Source: Verrucomicrobiota bacterium (GTDB lineage: Bacteria > Verrucomicrobiota > Lentisphaeria > Lentisphaerales > Lentisphaeraceae). Taken from it: a DNA stretch of 64,000 nucleotides. The position numbers and the translations under genes were made by a program. Location: contig JBDKFG010000006.1 in NCBI GenBank assembly GCA_039798785.1, positions 58,832 to 122,831 of the forward strand, in the 5' to 3' direction. The first letter of the stretch is position 1; each line of letters starts with the position of its first letter. The notes under the pieces are model-generated. The model saw only the letters and a program-made list of their open reading frames with translations, was not told where the DNA came from and did not search any database. Below are positions 49,801 through 58,868 of this stretch, piece by piece.

Positions 49801-50310
49801 GAGCAGGACGCTCTGGATCTTGCGTCCACCGAGCTGGAGCGGCAGGGTCTGCGGAGCTTCATCGCGGCCGCCGGCCTGCTTCAGCTCGACTTCACCGCCA
49901 AGGGGGAACCAGGCCTTGCCGTCGGCGCTGCCGTAGAGCTGGATCTTGCGCAGTCCGCGATTGGTGTAGCCGCTCTGGTTGTGGTTCCAGATGCTGATCG
50001 ATTCGGGGCTTTGCGGAGTGCTGAAATCGAAGCGCAGCCAGGCGGGAGAGGCGGGGATTCCGGCAGCCGCGACCGATGCGGCCGGCTTGATGCCGCTGTG
50101 CCACATGGTGCCGGCGCCGGCATTGTTGTCGTGGCGATCCTCGGAGTTGAGACCATAGCCGTTGATCAGATTGGCCGCGGCTTGCAGGGGCGAAAACGTG
50201 TCCGAGGCTTCCACCTTGGTGACGGGAAGAGCTTCTTCGATCTCGGCGGCCGCCAGGGGGAAGAGGCCTAGGGAGATCAGCAGGCCGCAAAGGCCGGGTA
50301 GGAATTTCAT
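46894..50310 (-). CDS. Secreted GH38-like glycoside hydrolase with N-terminal beta-sandwich domain
   Basis: Signal peptide; IWNHNQ...[44 protein letters not shown]. Confidence 0.82.
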   Translation of the reverse strand: MKFLPGLCGLLISLGLFPLAAAEIEEALPVTKVEASDTFSPLQAAANLINGYGLNSEDRHDNNAGAGTMWHSGIKPAASVAAAGIPASPAWLRFDFSTPQSPESISIWNHNQSGYTNRGLRKIQLYGSADGKAWFPLGGEVELKQAGGRDEAPQTLPLQLGGRKIQSVLLVAISNWGSEVYGLSEVQFLQHREVAEEDLPFPQGLELAPSSVYRHRADGQAGREVAVNFSSGKLYQAANLEVACPGLPSENIAIPAAAKARGSFRFLLPAGVGVEKDASITLSLSAGKHRATATFVVPQQRQWTVYVYPHSHVDIGYTNTHENVEIIHKRNVRNGIRIARETAGAKEGDRYKWNPEVIWPVERYLKDATPQQAEDVFAAIKAGHLKLDAAYVNTDTSVCCDEELFQLVSESRRLERKSGVPIDTFVQVDIPGMSWGLVPALEKSGVKYVFSLYNGIDRTGRAGEVDCRPFWWIGPDGKSKVLFLQPGAYTPGAHAKGNRMVYQWCGVRDPEKIPETIKTSSPRREFLDNHVFGTLEQLQKSKFYPYDIYPVSWALADNTPLDEDLPAAVKSWNEEYAYPRLVIAGAHEIMSAFEKKYGDRIPTRKGDFTEYWTDGLGTAARLTAMNRATNERLIQADTAWTMLQPGKSPRSEIDEVWRLAILGSEHTWCYCNPSDPFFQEAIFKVKRGRFEDATRQSDELLRKALAAAPQEGVVSVVNTLSWSRGGLITVPAAESKAGDRVLDAAGAPVPSQRLSTGELAFLASPVPALGHAVYRVVAGTASAPSSPCRVSADAASDGVIEAGIDLASGDIRSLKLCGSPREFAARDGLNSFRQLPGGASQASPDSGIKVSVSEKGPLLVEWRVDSVAPGVKSLCRRVRLVAGQGWLEFDNQVDKLKVVAKEGLHFGFAFDIPSPTTRVDIPWGVMRLEEDQLDAANRNWIAMQRWLDISGEGLGVTWVSLDAPIFQSGGMHANILGAAYGSPAWIRKLEPSATVYSWAMNNHWHTNFPLYQEGLCGFRYRVQPHASGYDAGRANRFGLEQSQPLLAVAGSLPKSPAIVTLDGSSAVFVAILKSSQDGKARILRLRSVSDQDETVKLSWPAGAPRQLHLCSVNEDAGPACGGNVTIPANGFVTLRAEW

Positions 50311-50328
50311 GATGGGACTCCAGGTTTT

Positions 50329-51369
50329 TCAGAAGAGGATGTTGACGGGCGAGCCGCAGGGGAAATCGGGGCCGCGCCGGCCACTGGGCAGGCCAGCGGC
50401 ATCGAGCTCGTGGACGGTGATCCGATCGGAGTCCTGGCAGGCGCAGAGCAGCCAGCGGCCGCTGGGATCGAAGGCGAAGTCGCGGGGGGTCTTGCCGCCG
50501 CAGGCGAGGCGTGCGGCGAAACTGAGCGAACCGTCTGCGGCGACCGCAAAAAAACTGATCGTCGCGTCGCTGCGTTCGGAGGCGGCAAGGATCTTGCCCG
50601 AGGGGTGCAGGCGGATCGCCGCGGCGCCAGGCACGGCGCTGCCGGTGCCGGGGTGGGCGGCGATCTGGCTCAGGGCACCGCTTAAGGGGTCCCGCGACAG
50701 GACGCGGACGACGCCGTCGAGCTCGCCGATCAGGTAGGCCAGGGACAGAGAGGGATGGAAGACGAGATGGCGAGGGCCGCTGCCGGGAGCAACGGCGGAG
50801 CTGCTGGTCGAGTTGAGGCGGCCGTGGGCATCGACGCCATGCACCCAGACGCAGTCGGCGCCGAGGTCAGGGACGTAAAGGTGGCGGCCGTCGGGCGCCA
50901 GCACCGCCTGGTGGGCGTGGGCGGCCTCCTGACGGGCGGCGTTGGGGCCGGTGCCGGCGTAGCGGAAGACCTGCACCGCCGGGCTGAGCCAACCCTCGGC
51001 GTCGAGGTCGTGCACGGTGAGGCGCCCGTCCATGTAGGAGGCGACGTAGACCTTGCCTTTGCGATCGCCGCAGACATGGCAGACCGCCTGGCCCTGGGCG
51101 TCGGCGCTGGAGAGCTGTTGCAATTCCCCTTCTGCGTTCACCGCAAAAGCGTGAACAGCTCCCGGCTCCATGTAGTGGTCGGTGGCAGCCAGGAGACGTC
51201 CGTCCGCAGCCCAGGCGAGGTAGGTCGGATTAGCGATGTCGACAAAAGCATCGCGCCGGGTGATGGTGCCGGTGACGGCGTCGAAGCTGCAGCTGAGCAG
51301 TCCCTCGCCGTGAGCGGTGAACCAGGCGCCGGGGCGGTTGTAGGTGCCGATGAACATCGGAAGTTCCAA
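50329..51369 (-). CDS. Lactonase family beta-propeller (6-phosphogluconolactonase-like)
   Basis: FIGTY, NPTYL, RQEAAHAH, PDLGAD, GSGPRH, GKTPRDF. The start may be the ATG at 51357. Confidence 0.9.
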   Translation of the reverse strand: MELPMFIGTYNRPGAWFTAHGEGLLSCSFDAVTGTITRRDAFVDIANPTYLAWAADGRLLAATDHYMEPGAVHAFAVNAEGELQQLSSADAQGQAVCHVCGDRKGKVYVASYMDGRLTVHDLDAEGWLSPAVQVFRYAGTGPNAARQEAAHAHQAVLAPDGRHLYVPDLGADCVWVHGVDAHGRLNSTSSSAVAPGSGPRHLVFHPSLSLAYLIGELDGVVRVLSRDPLSGALSQIAAHPGTGSAVPGAAAIRLHPSGKILAASERSDATISFFAVAADGSLSFAARLACGGKTPRDFAFDPSGRWLLCACQDSDRITVHELDAAGLPSGRRGPDFPCGSPVNILF

Positions 51370-51473
51370 GTTTAAGGTTTAAGGTTTAAAGTTGGTAGAG
51401 GGCGAGACGAGTTTGAAGTGGAGGACTGAGTTTGAGCTCAACCTTAAACTTTAAACTTCTTAAACTTTAAACT
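51369..51473. repeat. TTTAA(G/A)G heptamer arrays in inverted arrangement
   Basis: AGTTTAAGGTTTAAGGTTTAAAGTT ... AACCTTAAACTTTAAACTTCTTAAACTTTAAACT. Confidence 0.75.
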
Positions 51474-52555
51474 GGCGCCGCAGGCGCCGAAGCCGCCTGC
51501 ATCGCCGCCTTGAGATAGCCCATGGCGAAGGCCATGCCGGCGTACCAGGGGGCCTCGCAGGCCATCTGCGGGGCGTGGTCGGGGATGACCAGGCCCTGGT
51601 AGTTGTTCTTCTTGAGGATGCGCAGGACGCGGAGGACGTCGATGTCGCCTTCGTCGATGAAGGTCTCGCGGTAGTGGGGGACCTTGCCGCTGACGTTGCG
51701 CAGGTGGATGTAGGCGGCGGCGTTGTTCTTCGAGTAGCGGTCGACGGTGTCGTAGACGCAGCCTTCGGTCATTTCGGCGACGGTGCCGAGGCAGAGTTCG
51801 AGGCCGTTGCAGGGGCTGGGCTGGGCGGCGAGGACGCGCTCGAACATGTGGGGCTGGTAGACGAGGCGGGGCTGCTGGCGCATGCGTTCGAGGGGCGGGT
51901 CGTCGGGATGGCCGGCGAGCTTGACGCCGGCGGCTTCGGCGACCGGTGTGACCTCTTGCAGGAAGTTCTGGAGGCGGCGCCAGAGTTCGTCGTGGGAGAT
52001 GACGGGCAGCTCCTCCTCGGCGAGCTTGCCCTCGTAGATCATGTTCCAGACCATGCCCTTCTTGATCGGGGTCTGGTTGGAGGCGTCGATGCCGTCCATG
52101 TAGCAGACGCTGGCCTTGCCGCGGCCGATGGGGCCGTGCTTGCGGCCGGCGACGCCGGCGAGGGAGAAGTTGTAGCCCATCACCGGGATGCCGGCGGCGC
52201 CGATGTTGCGCAGGGTCTGCTTCACCTTCTCGATCTGGGCGGCGCGCTTGGGGCCGTCGAGCAGGATGTCGTGCCAATGGGCCGGATCGAAGTTCTCGAT
52301 GCCGTAGAGCTCGAGGCCGGCGTCATTGATCTCCTTCTTGAGGGCCATGAGCTCCTCGACGCTCCAGATCTTGTCCGGATCGCCGGCGAAGCCCCAGCCG
52401 TTGAGGCCGCCGACCGGCTGGTCCTTGGCGACCTTCTCGTCGGTCTTGAAGTAGTCGACGAGGTGGACGATGACGGCGGTGGCGCCGCACTGGCGGGCGA
52501 AGTCGTAATGCTGCTGGTTGAGCATGTGGCGGTAGAGGCCGAATCCGAGTTTCAT
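51467..52555 (-). CDS. uxuA: Mannonate dehydratase (UxuA family)
   Basis: MGYNF, HPDDPP, LCLGT, IHLRNV, ETFIDEGD, IPDHAP, AFAMGYLK. Confidence 0.9.
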   Translation of the reverse strand: MKLGFGLYRHMLNQQHYDFARQCGATAVIVHLVDYFKTDEKVAKDQPVGGLNGWGFAGDPDKIWSVEELMALKKEINDAGLELYGIENFDPAHWHDILLDGPKRAAQIEKVKQTLRNIGAAGIPVMGYNFSLAGVAGRKHGPIGRGKASVCYMDGIDASNQTPIKKGMVWNMIYEGKLAEEELPVISHDELWRRLQNFLQEVTPVAEAAGVKLAGHPDDPPLERMRQQPRLVYQPHMFERVLAAQPSPCNGLELCLGTVAEMTEGCVYDTVDRYSKNNAAAYIHLRNVSGKVPHYRETFIDEGDIDVLRVLRILKKNNYQGLVIPDHAPQMACEAPWYAGMAFAMGYLKAAMQAASAPAAPV

Positions 52556-52569
52556 GGGGGTCCTTTTTT

Positions 52570-52702
52570 AACTGGGTGACAACTGGGTTGGGAACTGGGA
52601 AACAATTGGGAAACAATTGGGTTGAACGAGGACGAAGGGAGGCCGGGTTTGAGTTGGGTTTGTTACCCAGTCGTGTCCCTACTGTTTCCCAGTCGTGTCC
52701 CT
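52570..52702. repeat. 11-mer (AA[C/T]TGGGAAAC-like) arrays in inverted arrangement
   Basis: AACTGGGAAACAATTGGGAAACAATTGGG opposite CCCAGTCGTGTCCCT repeated at 52666 and 52688. Confidence 0.65.
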
Positions 52703-54349
52703 GTTCTTGTTCACGAAGCACGCTTCGATTTCTTCGAGGGTCTTGCCCTTGGTCTCGGGCAGGATGAAGGCGGCGAAGAGGAAGTAGAGGAGGGTGCCGA
52801 GGCCCCAGATGCCCCACATGGCGGCGTAGCCGTAGTCGCCGACGATGGGGAGGAAGTACTTGGTGGTGGCGACGGTGACGCCCGAGTTGGCGAGCAGGCC
52901 GAGGCCCATGCCGAGGGAGCGGATGCGGGTGGGCAGCAGTTCGGCGGACATCAGCCAGAGGCAGACGCCGGGGCCGAAGGCGAAGCCGACGATGTAGAGA
53001 ATGAGGCAGGCGAAGGCGGTGTAGCCGGTGCTTTCGCCGGGAGCGCTGCTGAGCTTGGCGCGGAGGATTTCGAGCTTGGCGCCGGGCTTGTCCTGAGCGC
53101 CGGGGGCGAGGACGAGGACCGGCTCCTTGGCGTCGCTGCGCACCAGCTTGACCTGCTCCTGCCCGTCGTAGGCGAACTGGACGCTGAGCTGCACCGGGCC
53201 GCCGGTCTTCGCGACGACGGGGAATTCGAGGCGGTTGTCCTTGATCGCGGCCTGGAGCTCGGCCTTGTAATCGACGCGGTCCTTTTCGACCTTCCAGAAA
53301 GTCAGCACGCCGACGCTGAGAGCGACGAGGATGATGCCGGTGCCGATCTTGAGCAGCATCTTGCGGCCGAGGCGGTCGACGAGGAGGACGCCGGCGATGG
53401 TGGTGACGAAGTTGGTCAGGGCGAGCCAGACGCCGGTGTGGGCGGCGGCGCTTTCGCTGAGGCCGGCCTGGCTCAGCATCAGCACGGGGTAGGTGAAGAC
53501 GGCGCAGATGCCGGTTGCCTGGTTGATGCCCATCAGGAAGACGGCGAGGGCGAGGGGCAGCAGGTAGTGGCGCTGCAGCAGCGAATCGTGCTTGGCGTGA
53601 GTGCTCGCGGCGGTGCCGGAAACCTCTTCCATCTCGCGCAACTCGAGGTCGACGGTGGCGGAGTCGCGTCCCAGCAGGAGAACCTTGCGGGCCTCTTCCT
53701 TGCGGCCGCGGCGGAAGAGCCAGCGCGGCGATTCGGCGACCAGGAAGGCGACGACCAGGAAGACCACGGCGGGCCAGATCGACGAGAAGAACATCTGGCG
53801 CCAGGCGTGATCCTGGATGCTGAAGATCTTGGCGGCATCGCCTGCGACATGAGCCACTTGATCATCGACGCGGCCTTGATAATAGGCGCCGGCGGCCATG
53901 GCCACGGCGATGCCGAGGGTGATGCAGAGCTGGAACACGGTGGCGCTGATGCCGCGGGTCTTGGCGGGAGCGCACTCGCTCATGAAGACCGGCACGACGA
54001 CGGCGATCATGCCGGCGCTCAGGCCCTGCAGCAGCCGGCCGGCGAAGAGGCTGTAGAAATTCCACGACATGACGATCAGAACGACGCTGAGGCAGAAGAA
54101 GACTGCCGAGATGATCAAGGCTTTCTTGCGTCCCAGCCAGTCGGAGAGTGCGCCGCCGAGGAAGGACGAGGCGAGGCTGCCGATGAAGATCGCCGAGGCC
54201 AGGAGGCCGACCTCGCTCTCGCTCAGGTGCACGCACTTGTCGAGATAGAGCAGCGCCGCGCCGATGATGCCCAGGTCGTAGCCGTAGAGCAGGCCGCCGA
54301 GAGCGGCGATGGCGACCAGCAAGCGGGAGTAGGTCGAGGGTGAAGGCAT
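52679..54349 (-). CDS. Sugar porter family MFS transporter
   Basis: GGLLYGYDLG, DWLGRK, ESPRWL, NQATG, DRLGRK, PETKGKTLEEI. ATG at 54349. Confidence 0.93.
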   Translation of the reverse strand: MPSPSTYSRLLVAIAALGGLLYGYDLGIIGAALLYLDKCVHLSESEVGLLASAIFIGSLASSFLGGALSDWLGRKKALIISAVFFCLSVVLIVMSWNFYSLFAGRLLQGLSAGMIAVVVPVFMSECAPAKTRGISATVFQLCITLGIAVAMAAGAYYQGRVDDQVAHVAGDAAKIFSIQDHAWRQMFFSSIWPAVVFLVVAFLVAESPRWLFRRGRKEEARKVLLLGRDSATVDLELREMEEVSGTAASTHAKHDSLLQRHYLLPLALAVFLMGINQATGICAVFTYPVLMLSQAGLSESAAAHTGVWLALTNFVTTIAGVLLVDRLGRKMLLKIGTGIILVALSVGVLTFWKVEKDRVDYKAELQAAIKDNRLEFPVVAKTGGPVQLSVQFAYDGQEQVKLVRSDAKEPVLVLAPGAQDKPGAKLEILRAKLSSAPGESTGYTAFACLILYIVGFAFGPGVCLWLMSAELLPTRIRSLGMGLGLLANSGVTVATTKYFLPIVGDYGYAAMWGIWGLGTLLYFLFAAFILPETKGKTLEEIEACFVNKNRDTTGKQ

Positions 54350-54431
54350 GGGTTTGTCCGGGTTTGAGAGAATTCGGTATGAGGCCAATCAAGTGCCGCT
54401 TCCGCCAGGCTCCAAGACCCTAGGGGCCTGA

Positions 54432-54446
54432 ATTTCACTGTGATTC
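54432..54446. promoter_or_regulatory. Putative operator ATTTCACTGTGATTC (copy 1)
   Basis: Identical 15-mer at 57566-57580. Both copies lie in AT-rich DNA upstream of minus-strand units. Confidence 0.6.
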
Positions 54447-54519
54447 AACATCAATGAATTGTGATATAAAATCATAATTCAGTTGTGGATTTAAATCATG
54501 TCGGCGATCGGAATCAGAT

Positions 54520-55332
54520 TCAAGGAGCGGCTTGATCCTTGTTCTGGCGGTTGACCAGTTCGCTGAAGTGGCCATAGGTCATGGAGCCGTCGCATTGGAC
54601 CCACATGCGGTAGCCGGCGAGGTCGTGGAAAGAGGCGGCGCCGCCGTTGTTGGAGTGGCTTTCGCTGTAATAGGCGTCGATGCGGTCGGAAGTGGCGGCC
54701 CAGCCATCTCCGACGACTTGGAAGAGGCTGTTGCCATCAAAGGTGTAGTTGAGGCTGCCGCGTTCACCTAGGAGGAGGGTGTGGCTAGGGTTGGTGACGC
54801 TGGTCATCCGGACCCGTTCGGACTCGAGGCCGGTGCTGAGCGGCATGGTGCCATTGGCGCCGCCGCTGACCCTGAAGTTGGCGAGGAGCGAGCCGCTGTT
54901 GCCGGAGTAGCTGCGGTTGATGGTGTCGCGATTGCTGCGTTTGACCTTGTCGGCCGGGCAGGACAAGACACTGAGCGTTTTACGCAGTTCCTGCAAGCGG
55001 GTCGCGCTGATCCCGGCGCTGCCGATGGTGAGGGGCGTGCCGCAGTTCTTTTCCGCCTCGGTGAGGCCGAAACCGAGGTCGTCGCTGATCCTGTCTTCCC
55101 AGGTGAGTGGCATGTCGGTCAGGTATTCGGTGTTGCCGGCGGAGGTCCAGCTATTGCGGTGCCGCATGGCTTCCTGGGTCAAGGCGCGGCCCATCTGCGA
55201 CACATTGCTGCCGCAGACGGCGCGCAAGGCGAGGCTTTTGGCGCGGCGGAAAGATGGCAGAAGCAGCGAGACGAGGATGAGAAGAATGCAGATCACCACC
55301 AACAACTCAATCAGTGTGAAAGATTTTTTCAT
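54520..55332 (-). CDS. Prepilin-type N-terminal cleavage/methylation domain protein
   Basis: [38 protein letters not shown], and C-terminal [15 protein letters not shown]. Confidence 0.9.
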   Translation of the reverse strand: MKKSFTLIELLVVICILLILVSLLLPSFRRAKSLALRAVCGSNVSQMGRALTQEAMRHRNSWTSAGNTEYLTDMPLTWEDRISDDLGFGLTEAEKNCGTPLTIGSAGISATRLQELRKTLSVLSCPADKVKRSNRDTINRSYSGNSGSLLANFRVSGGANGTMPLSTGLESERVRMTSVTNPSHTLLLGERGSLNYTFDGNSLFQVVGDGWAATSDRIDAYYSESHSNNGGAASFHDLAGYRMWVQCDGSMTYGHFSELVNRQNKDQAAP

Positions 55333-55354
55333 GATGAGAATCCTTGTTTGCGGT

Positions 55355-56014
55355 TCAGGGCGAGGTGAGGAGGAGGTAGCGTTGCGGGAACGTGGTTTCG
55401 TCGAGTGCTGTCGCGTTCGGATCATGGTGGTAATCGGGGTGGGTGCGAAGGCCGCAAAGGATCCGGCCGGAGTCGAAATAAGGCTTGAGTTGGCCAGGGC
55501 GGAAATTGACCAGGAGCAGGGCGATTTTGGCGCCCTCCGGGGTCAAGAGGTCTTCAAGCGCCTCGGCCTGTTCCGGCAGGTCGACCATGAGGATGATCAG
55601 ATCGGCGTCGGCCTGCAGGGTGGCGTCATTGACTTGAGCTTGGCTCAGACGCCGACAGGAACTGCAGCCGAGGGCCTTTTGCAAGGCGGCGTATTCCTCG
55701 CCGGTGAGCACCTGCTGCTCCGGCTCGACGACGATGACGCGAGGCTTCATCCCGGGCAGTTTTTTGCCGCAGGTCAGGCCGAATTTTTCGATGCCGAAAA
55801 GGCGACCCTGCAATTCCCGTTTCATGTCCTGGCGATCATCCGGGCCGGTTTTCTGGGACAAGAGGCCGAGGAAGGAGAGGATGCAGCCGATGGCAGCCAG
55901 TGGGGCGATCAGGCGCAGCAGTGCCTGGTGCTGTGGCTGGCAGAATTTGCGCCCCGAATGAGCTGCGATGGCGCCCAGCCCGAAGCCCAAAATCAAGAGA
56001 TGAAAGAAGCTCAT
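55355..56014 (-). CDS. Hypothetical protein with two N-terminal TM helices (prepilin-partner family)
   Basis: [14 protein letters not shown]...; [26 protein letters not shown]. Confidence 0.8.
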   Translation of the reverse strand: MSFFHLLILGFGLGAIAAHSGRKFCQPQHQALLRLIAPLAAIGCILSFLGLLSQKTGPDDRQDMKRELQGRLFGIEKFGLTCGKKLPGMKPRVIVVEPEQQVLTGEEYAALQKALGCSSCRRLSQAQVNDATLQADADLIILMVDLPEQAEALEDLLTPEGAKIALLLVNFRPGQLKPYFDSGRILCGLRTHPDYHHDPNATALDETTFPQRYLLLTSP

Positions 56015-56030
56015 CGGGGTGGACCCTGGC

Positions 56031-56741
56031 TTACTGGGTCCGGAAGGCGCCACCGACCGAGACATCGCTGTAGTAGAGGCGGGGACGGAGATCGACATGG
56101 CTGTCGGCCATGAGCCAGGGGAGTTCGTAGCGTTTAGCGTGGAGGGAGGCGTCCCAATCCGGCACATTGGAGGCCTGGTTCGGGCCATACCAGCCGCTGG
56201 TCTGGAGCGGGCCGTCGCCGACCTGGTCGCCAAGGAGGTAGACCGCGATACGGCTGCCCATGGTGCCGGGCGAGCCGTTGGCGTCTCGGTAGCGCTCGGT
56301 GATGACGATCTGGCCGGAGGGGTTGTTGAGGGTGTCGAAGTTGAGTCCCCGGGCCCGGATCTGGTAATTCATCACATAGGTGCGTGAGCTGCTGCCGCGC
56401 TTATCGAGCGGACAGCAATAGGTCTTGTTGGTGGGATTGACGGCCAGCCCCCCGTCGAGCGCCATGTTGGCGTAGCTGAGTTTGCGGCTGTCGTAGGCCG
56501 ACATCAGGTCGTCCCAGGTGATCGCCCAAGTGTTGCCGCCGGCGCCCTGGTCATAGGTCGGGCAACCGCTGTTGTCATCGGCATAGAGCTGGTTCCACAG
56601 GCCGATCTGGCGGAGATTGTTGACGCAGGCGGCGACGTTGGCGGTGGCTTTGGCTTTGCCGAGGGCGGGAATCAGCATCGAGGCGAGGATGCCGATGATG
56701 GCGACGACGACCAGCAGTTCAATCAGGGTGAAGCGTTTCAT
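56031..56741 (-). CDS. Prepilin-type N-terminal cleavage/methylation domain protein
   Basis: [38 protein letters not shown], and C-terminal [16 protein letters not shown]. Confidence 0.92.
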   Translation of the reverse strand: MKRFTLIELLVVVAIIGILASMLIPALGKAKATANVAACVNNLRQIGLWNQLYADDNSGCPTYDQGAGGNTWAITWDDLMSAYDSRKLSYANMALDGGLAVNPTNKTYCCPLDKRGSSSRTYVMNYQIRARGLNFDTLNNPSGQIVITERYRDANGSPGTMGSRIAVYLLGDQVGDGPLQTSGWYGPNQASNVPDWDASLHAKRYELPWLMADSHVDLRPRLYYSDVSVGGAFRTQ

Positions 56742-57466
56742 AGGTCGGTTTCTCCGGGTGCTTGGCTTGGGTTTCCGAGTGCGGCGGACTGGGCGGCGGG
56801 CGAGTCGTTTTCCCGGACGAGGCGGAAGCCTGCGCCAAAGAGTTCTTCAGGGCTGGAATGGGAGTTCAGGCTGGTGATGTCGATCGGCCCTTTGGACTCG
56901 ACATGGGCCCAGAGCAAATGATGGTTGAAGAGGTTGGCGGCATCGGCGCGGTCCGGCATAAAGCTCAAGACTGTCGGCTTTCCGGCATGCTCTTCCAGAA
57001 CCGCGCAAAGCTCCTCGAGCTCCTCAGCTTCACGCGGCAGGGGCAGGGTGAAGATCAGCCCCTTCGGCTTCTGTTGCAGGAGCGAGCGCAGCCAGGCGGC
57101 GTTGATTCCTGTTGCCGGAGCCCGATAGCTTGTGAGAGTGCAGCCGGCGGGGCTCACCAGCCCCTCGGCCAGGCGGCTGCCGGGCTGGCCCTCGGCGGCC
57201 ACGACGATGGCGATGCTGCCGCTGCCGATCTGCGCTCCCAGACGGTCCAGGGGATATTGCCATTGCGTCGCCAGGACGGCATTTTGCAGACGGTAATCCG
57301 GCGCTTTTTCCGGCATCCAGGAAGACACTCCCAGGACCAGGGTGCTGAAAGCCATCAGCAGCAAGCCAAAGCGGGCGAGGGGGGCGGCTGAGTCCTTGCG
57401 GCGCGTCAGCCAGAGGAAGGCGCCGCCGGCAAAAATCAGCCCAAACAGAATTTTGACCACGATCAT
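56738..57466 (-). CDS. Hypothetical protein with two N-terminal TM helices (prepilin-partner family)
   Basis: [15 protein letters not shown]... after [26 protein letters not shown]. Stop overlaps the pilin ATG. Confidence 0.8.
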   Translation of the reverse strand: MIVVKILFGLIFAGGAFLWLTRRKDSAAPLARFGLLLMAFSTLVLGVSSWMPEKAPDYRLQNAVLATQWQYPLDRLGAQIGSGSIAIVVAAEGQPGSRLAEGLVSPAGCTLTSYRAPATGINAAWLRSLLQQKPKGLIFTLPLPREAEELEELCAVLEEHAGKPTVLSFMPDRADAANLFNHHLLWAHVESKGPIDITSLNSHSSPEELFGAGFRLVRENDSPAAQSAALGNPSQAPGETDL

Positions 57467-57565
57467 GGGATGCCTCCAGATTCTTGCAGAGATTTTTTTG
57501 TGATGAATCAGATTGACGCCAATCAATCGCCACTAGGTAAATTCTCCAAGTCATTGCCATTGAGT

Positions 57566-57580
57566 ATTTCACTGTGATTC
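57566..57580. promoter_or_regulatory. Putative operator ATTTCACTGTGATTC (copy 2)
   Basis: Identical to 54432-54446; lies in the divergent region before the XylR-like gene. Confidence 0.6.
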
Positions 57581-57686
57581 TGAAGCAAGTAACTGTGTTA
57601 AAAAATCGCAAAAACATTGTGCTTTTGAATCACCTCCTTCAATCCCCCGAGAGGCTATCTTCGGCCTAGCCACGGGAGGAATTTCC

Positions 57687-58868
57687 ATGTCGATCAGCAA
57701 CCGCAGCATCGCCCTGCTCAATCCCAACAACGACAGCAACTATCTTCAGATCAACCGGGCGATCCTGGATTATGCCGCGGCGGCGCAGTGGCGGGTGATG
57801 CCGCATTTCGAGTTCCTCTCGGACACCGACATGCCCTTGTGGCTGAAGACTGTCGACGGCGTCATCGCCCACATCCCGACGGCGAAGGTCGGGCGCAAGT
57901 TGAAGGCTCTGAAGGTGCCGGTGGTGAATCTCTACATCCGCGACTTCCTCCCCGGGGCACCGCGCTTCGAGCATTCGACATCGGCCAGCGTCACCGCCGC
58001 GATCGACTTCTTCCAGCAGGCCGGTTGCCGCCGCCTCGCCTATTGCGGCGATGCCGGTTTCGCCCTCTCCCCCGGACAGGACAGCTTTTTCACCCGCATC
58101 TGCCGCGAACGCGGGCTCGAGTCGCACCTGTTCTTCCCGGCCGGCGTGGACCAGCTGGCGATCAACGGCTACGACTATTCGTCCCGGACCCTGGGGCTTT
58201 TCATCCGCGACCGGAAGCTGCTCAAGTGGCTGACCGAGCTCCCCAAGCCGATCGGCATCATCTGCTGCAATGACGCACTGGGCGCAGTGGTGATCAATCG
58301 CTGTCTCGAAAAGGGCATCGCGGTTCCCGGGGAAGTGTCGGTGCTGGGAATCGGCGGCATGGAGAACCAGTGCCTGTCGGTGCGGCCGAGCCTGAGCTGC
58401 CTGACCTACAAGACGGCGGAGCTCGGGCGGGCGGCGGCGGAATTGCTGAACGATCTCTTGCTGGGGCGCCCGGTGCCGCAGGTGACCACGATCCTGCCGG
58501 ACGCGGTGATCGAGCGCGAATCCACCGCCACGGTCTTCGCGGTCGATCCGCTGGTCCGCCAGGCCTTGTTGCGGATCGAGGCGGGTTTTGCCTCGGGGAT
58601 GAACATCAAGTCCTTGTGCGAGGAGATCGGCTGTTCCCGCCTGCGCTTGGAGCGGGCCTTCGTCCGGGAGATGGGCAAGACGCCCGGGGCCATCCTCCTC
58701 GACCGGAAGATGAAGGCCGCCCAGGAGCTCCTGGCGGCAAGCCGCCTCAGCATCGCCGAGATCGCGGCGCAATGCGCCTTCAACGATTCTGCCTATTTCT
58801 GCAACCTCTTCAAGCGGCGCACCGGCCTCAGCCCTGGCGCCTGGCGCCAGAAACGCCGCGGCTTTTAG
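57687..58868 (+). CDS. XylR-type regulator (LacI-like sensor domain plus AraC HTH)
   Basis: LPKPIGIICCND, VPGEVSVLG, PSLS, IEREST, FNDSAYFCNLFKRRTGLSP. Confidence 0.9.
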   Translation: MSISNRSIALLNPNNDSNYLQINRAILDYAAAAQWRVMPHFEFLSDTDMPLWLKTVDGVIAHIPTAKVGRKLKALKVPVVNLYIRDFLPGAPRFEHSTSASVTAAIDFFQQAGCRRLAYCGDAGFALSPGQDSFFTRICRERGLESHLFFPAGVDQLAINGYDYSSRTLGLFIRDRKLLKWLTELPKPIGIICCNDALGAVVINRCLEKGIAVPGEVSVLGIGGMENQCLSVRPSLSCLTYKTAELGRAAAELLNDLLLGRPVPQVTTILPDAVIERESTATVFAVDPLVRQALLRIEAGFASGMNIKSLCEEIGCSRLRLERAFVREMGKTPGAILLDRKMKAAQELLAASRLSIAEIAAQCAFNDSAYFCNLFKRRTGLSPGAWRQKRRGF

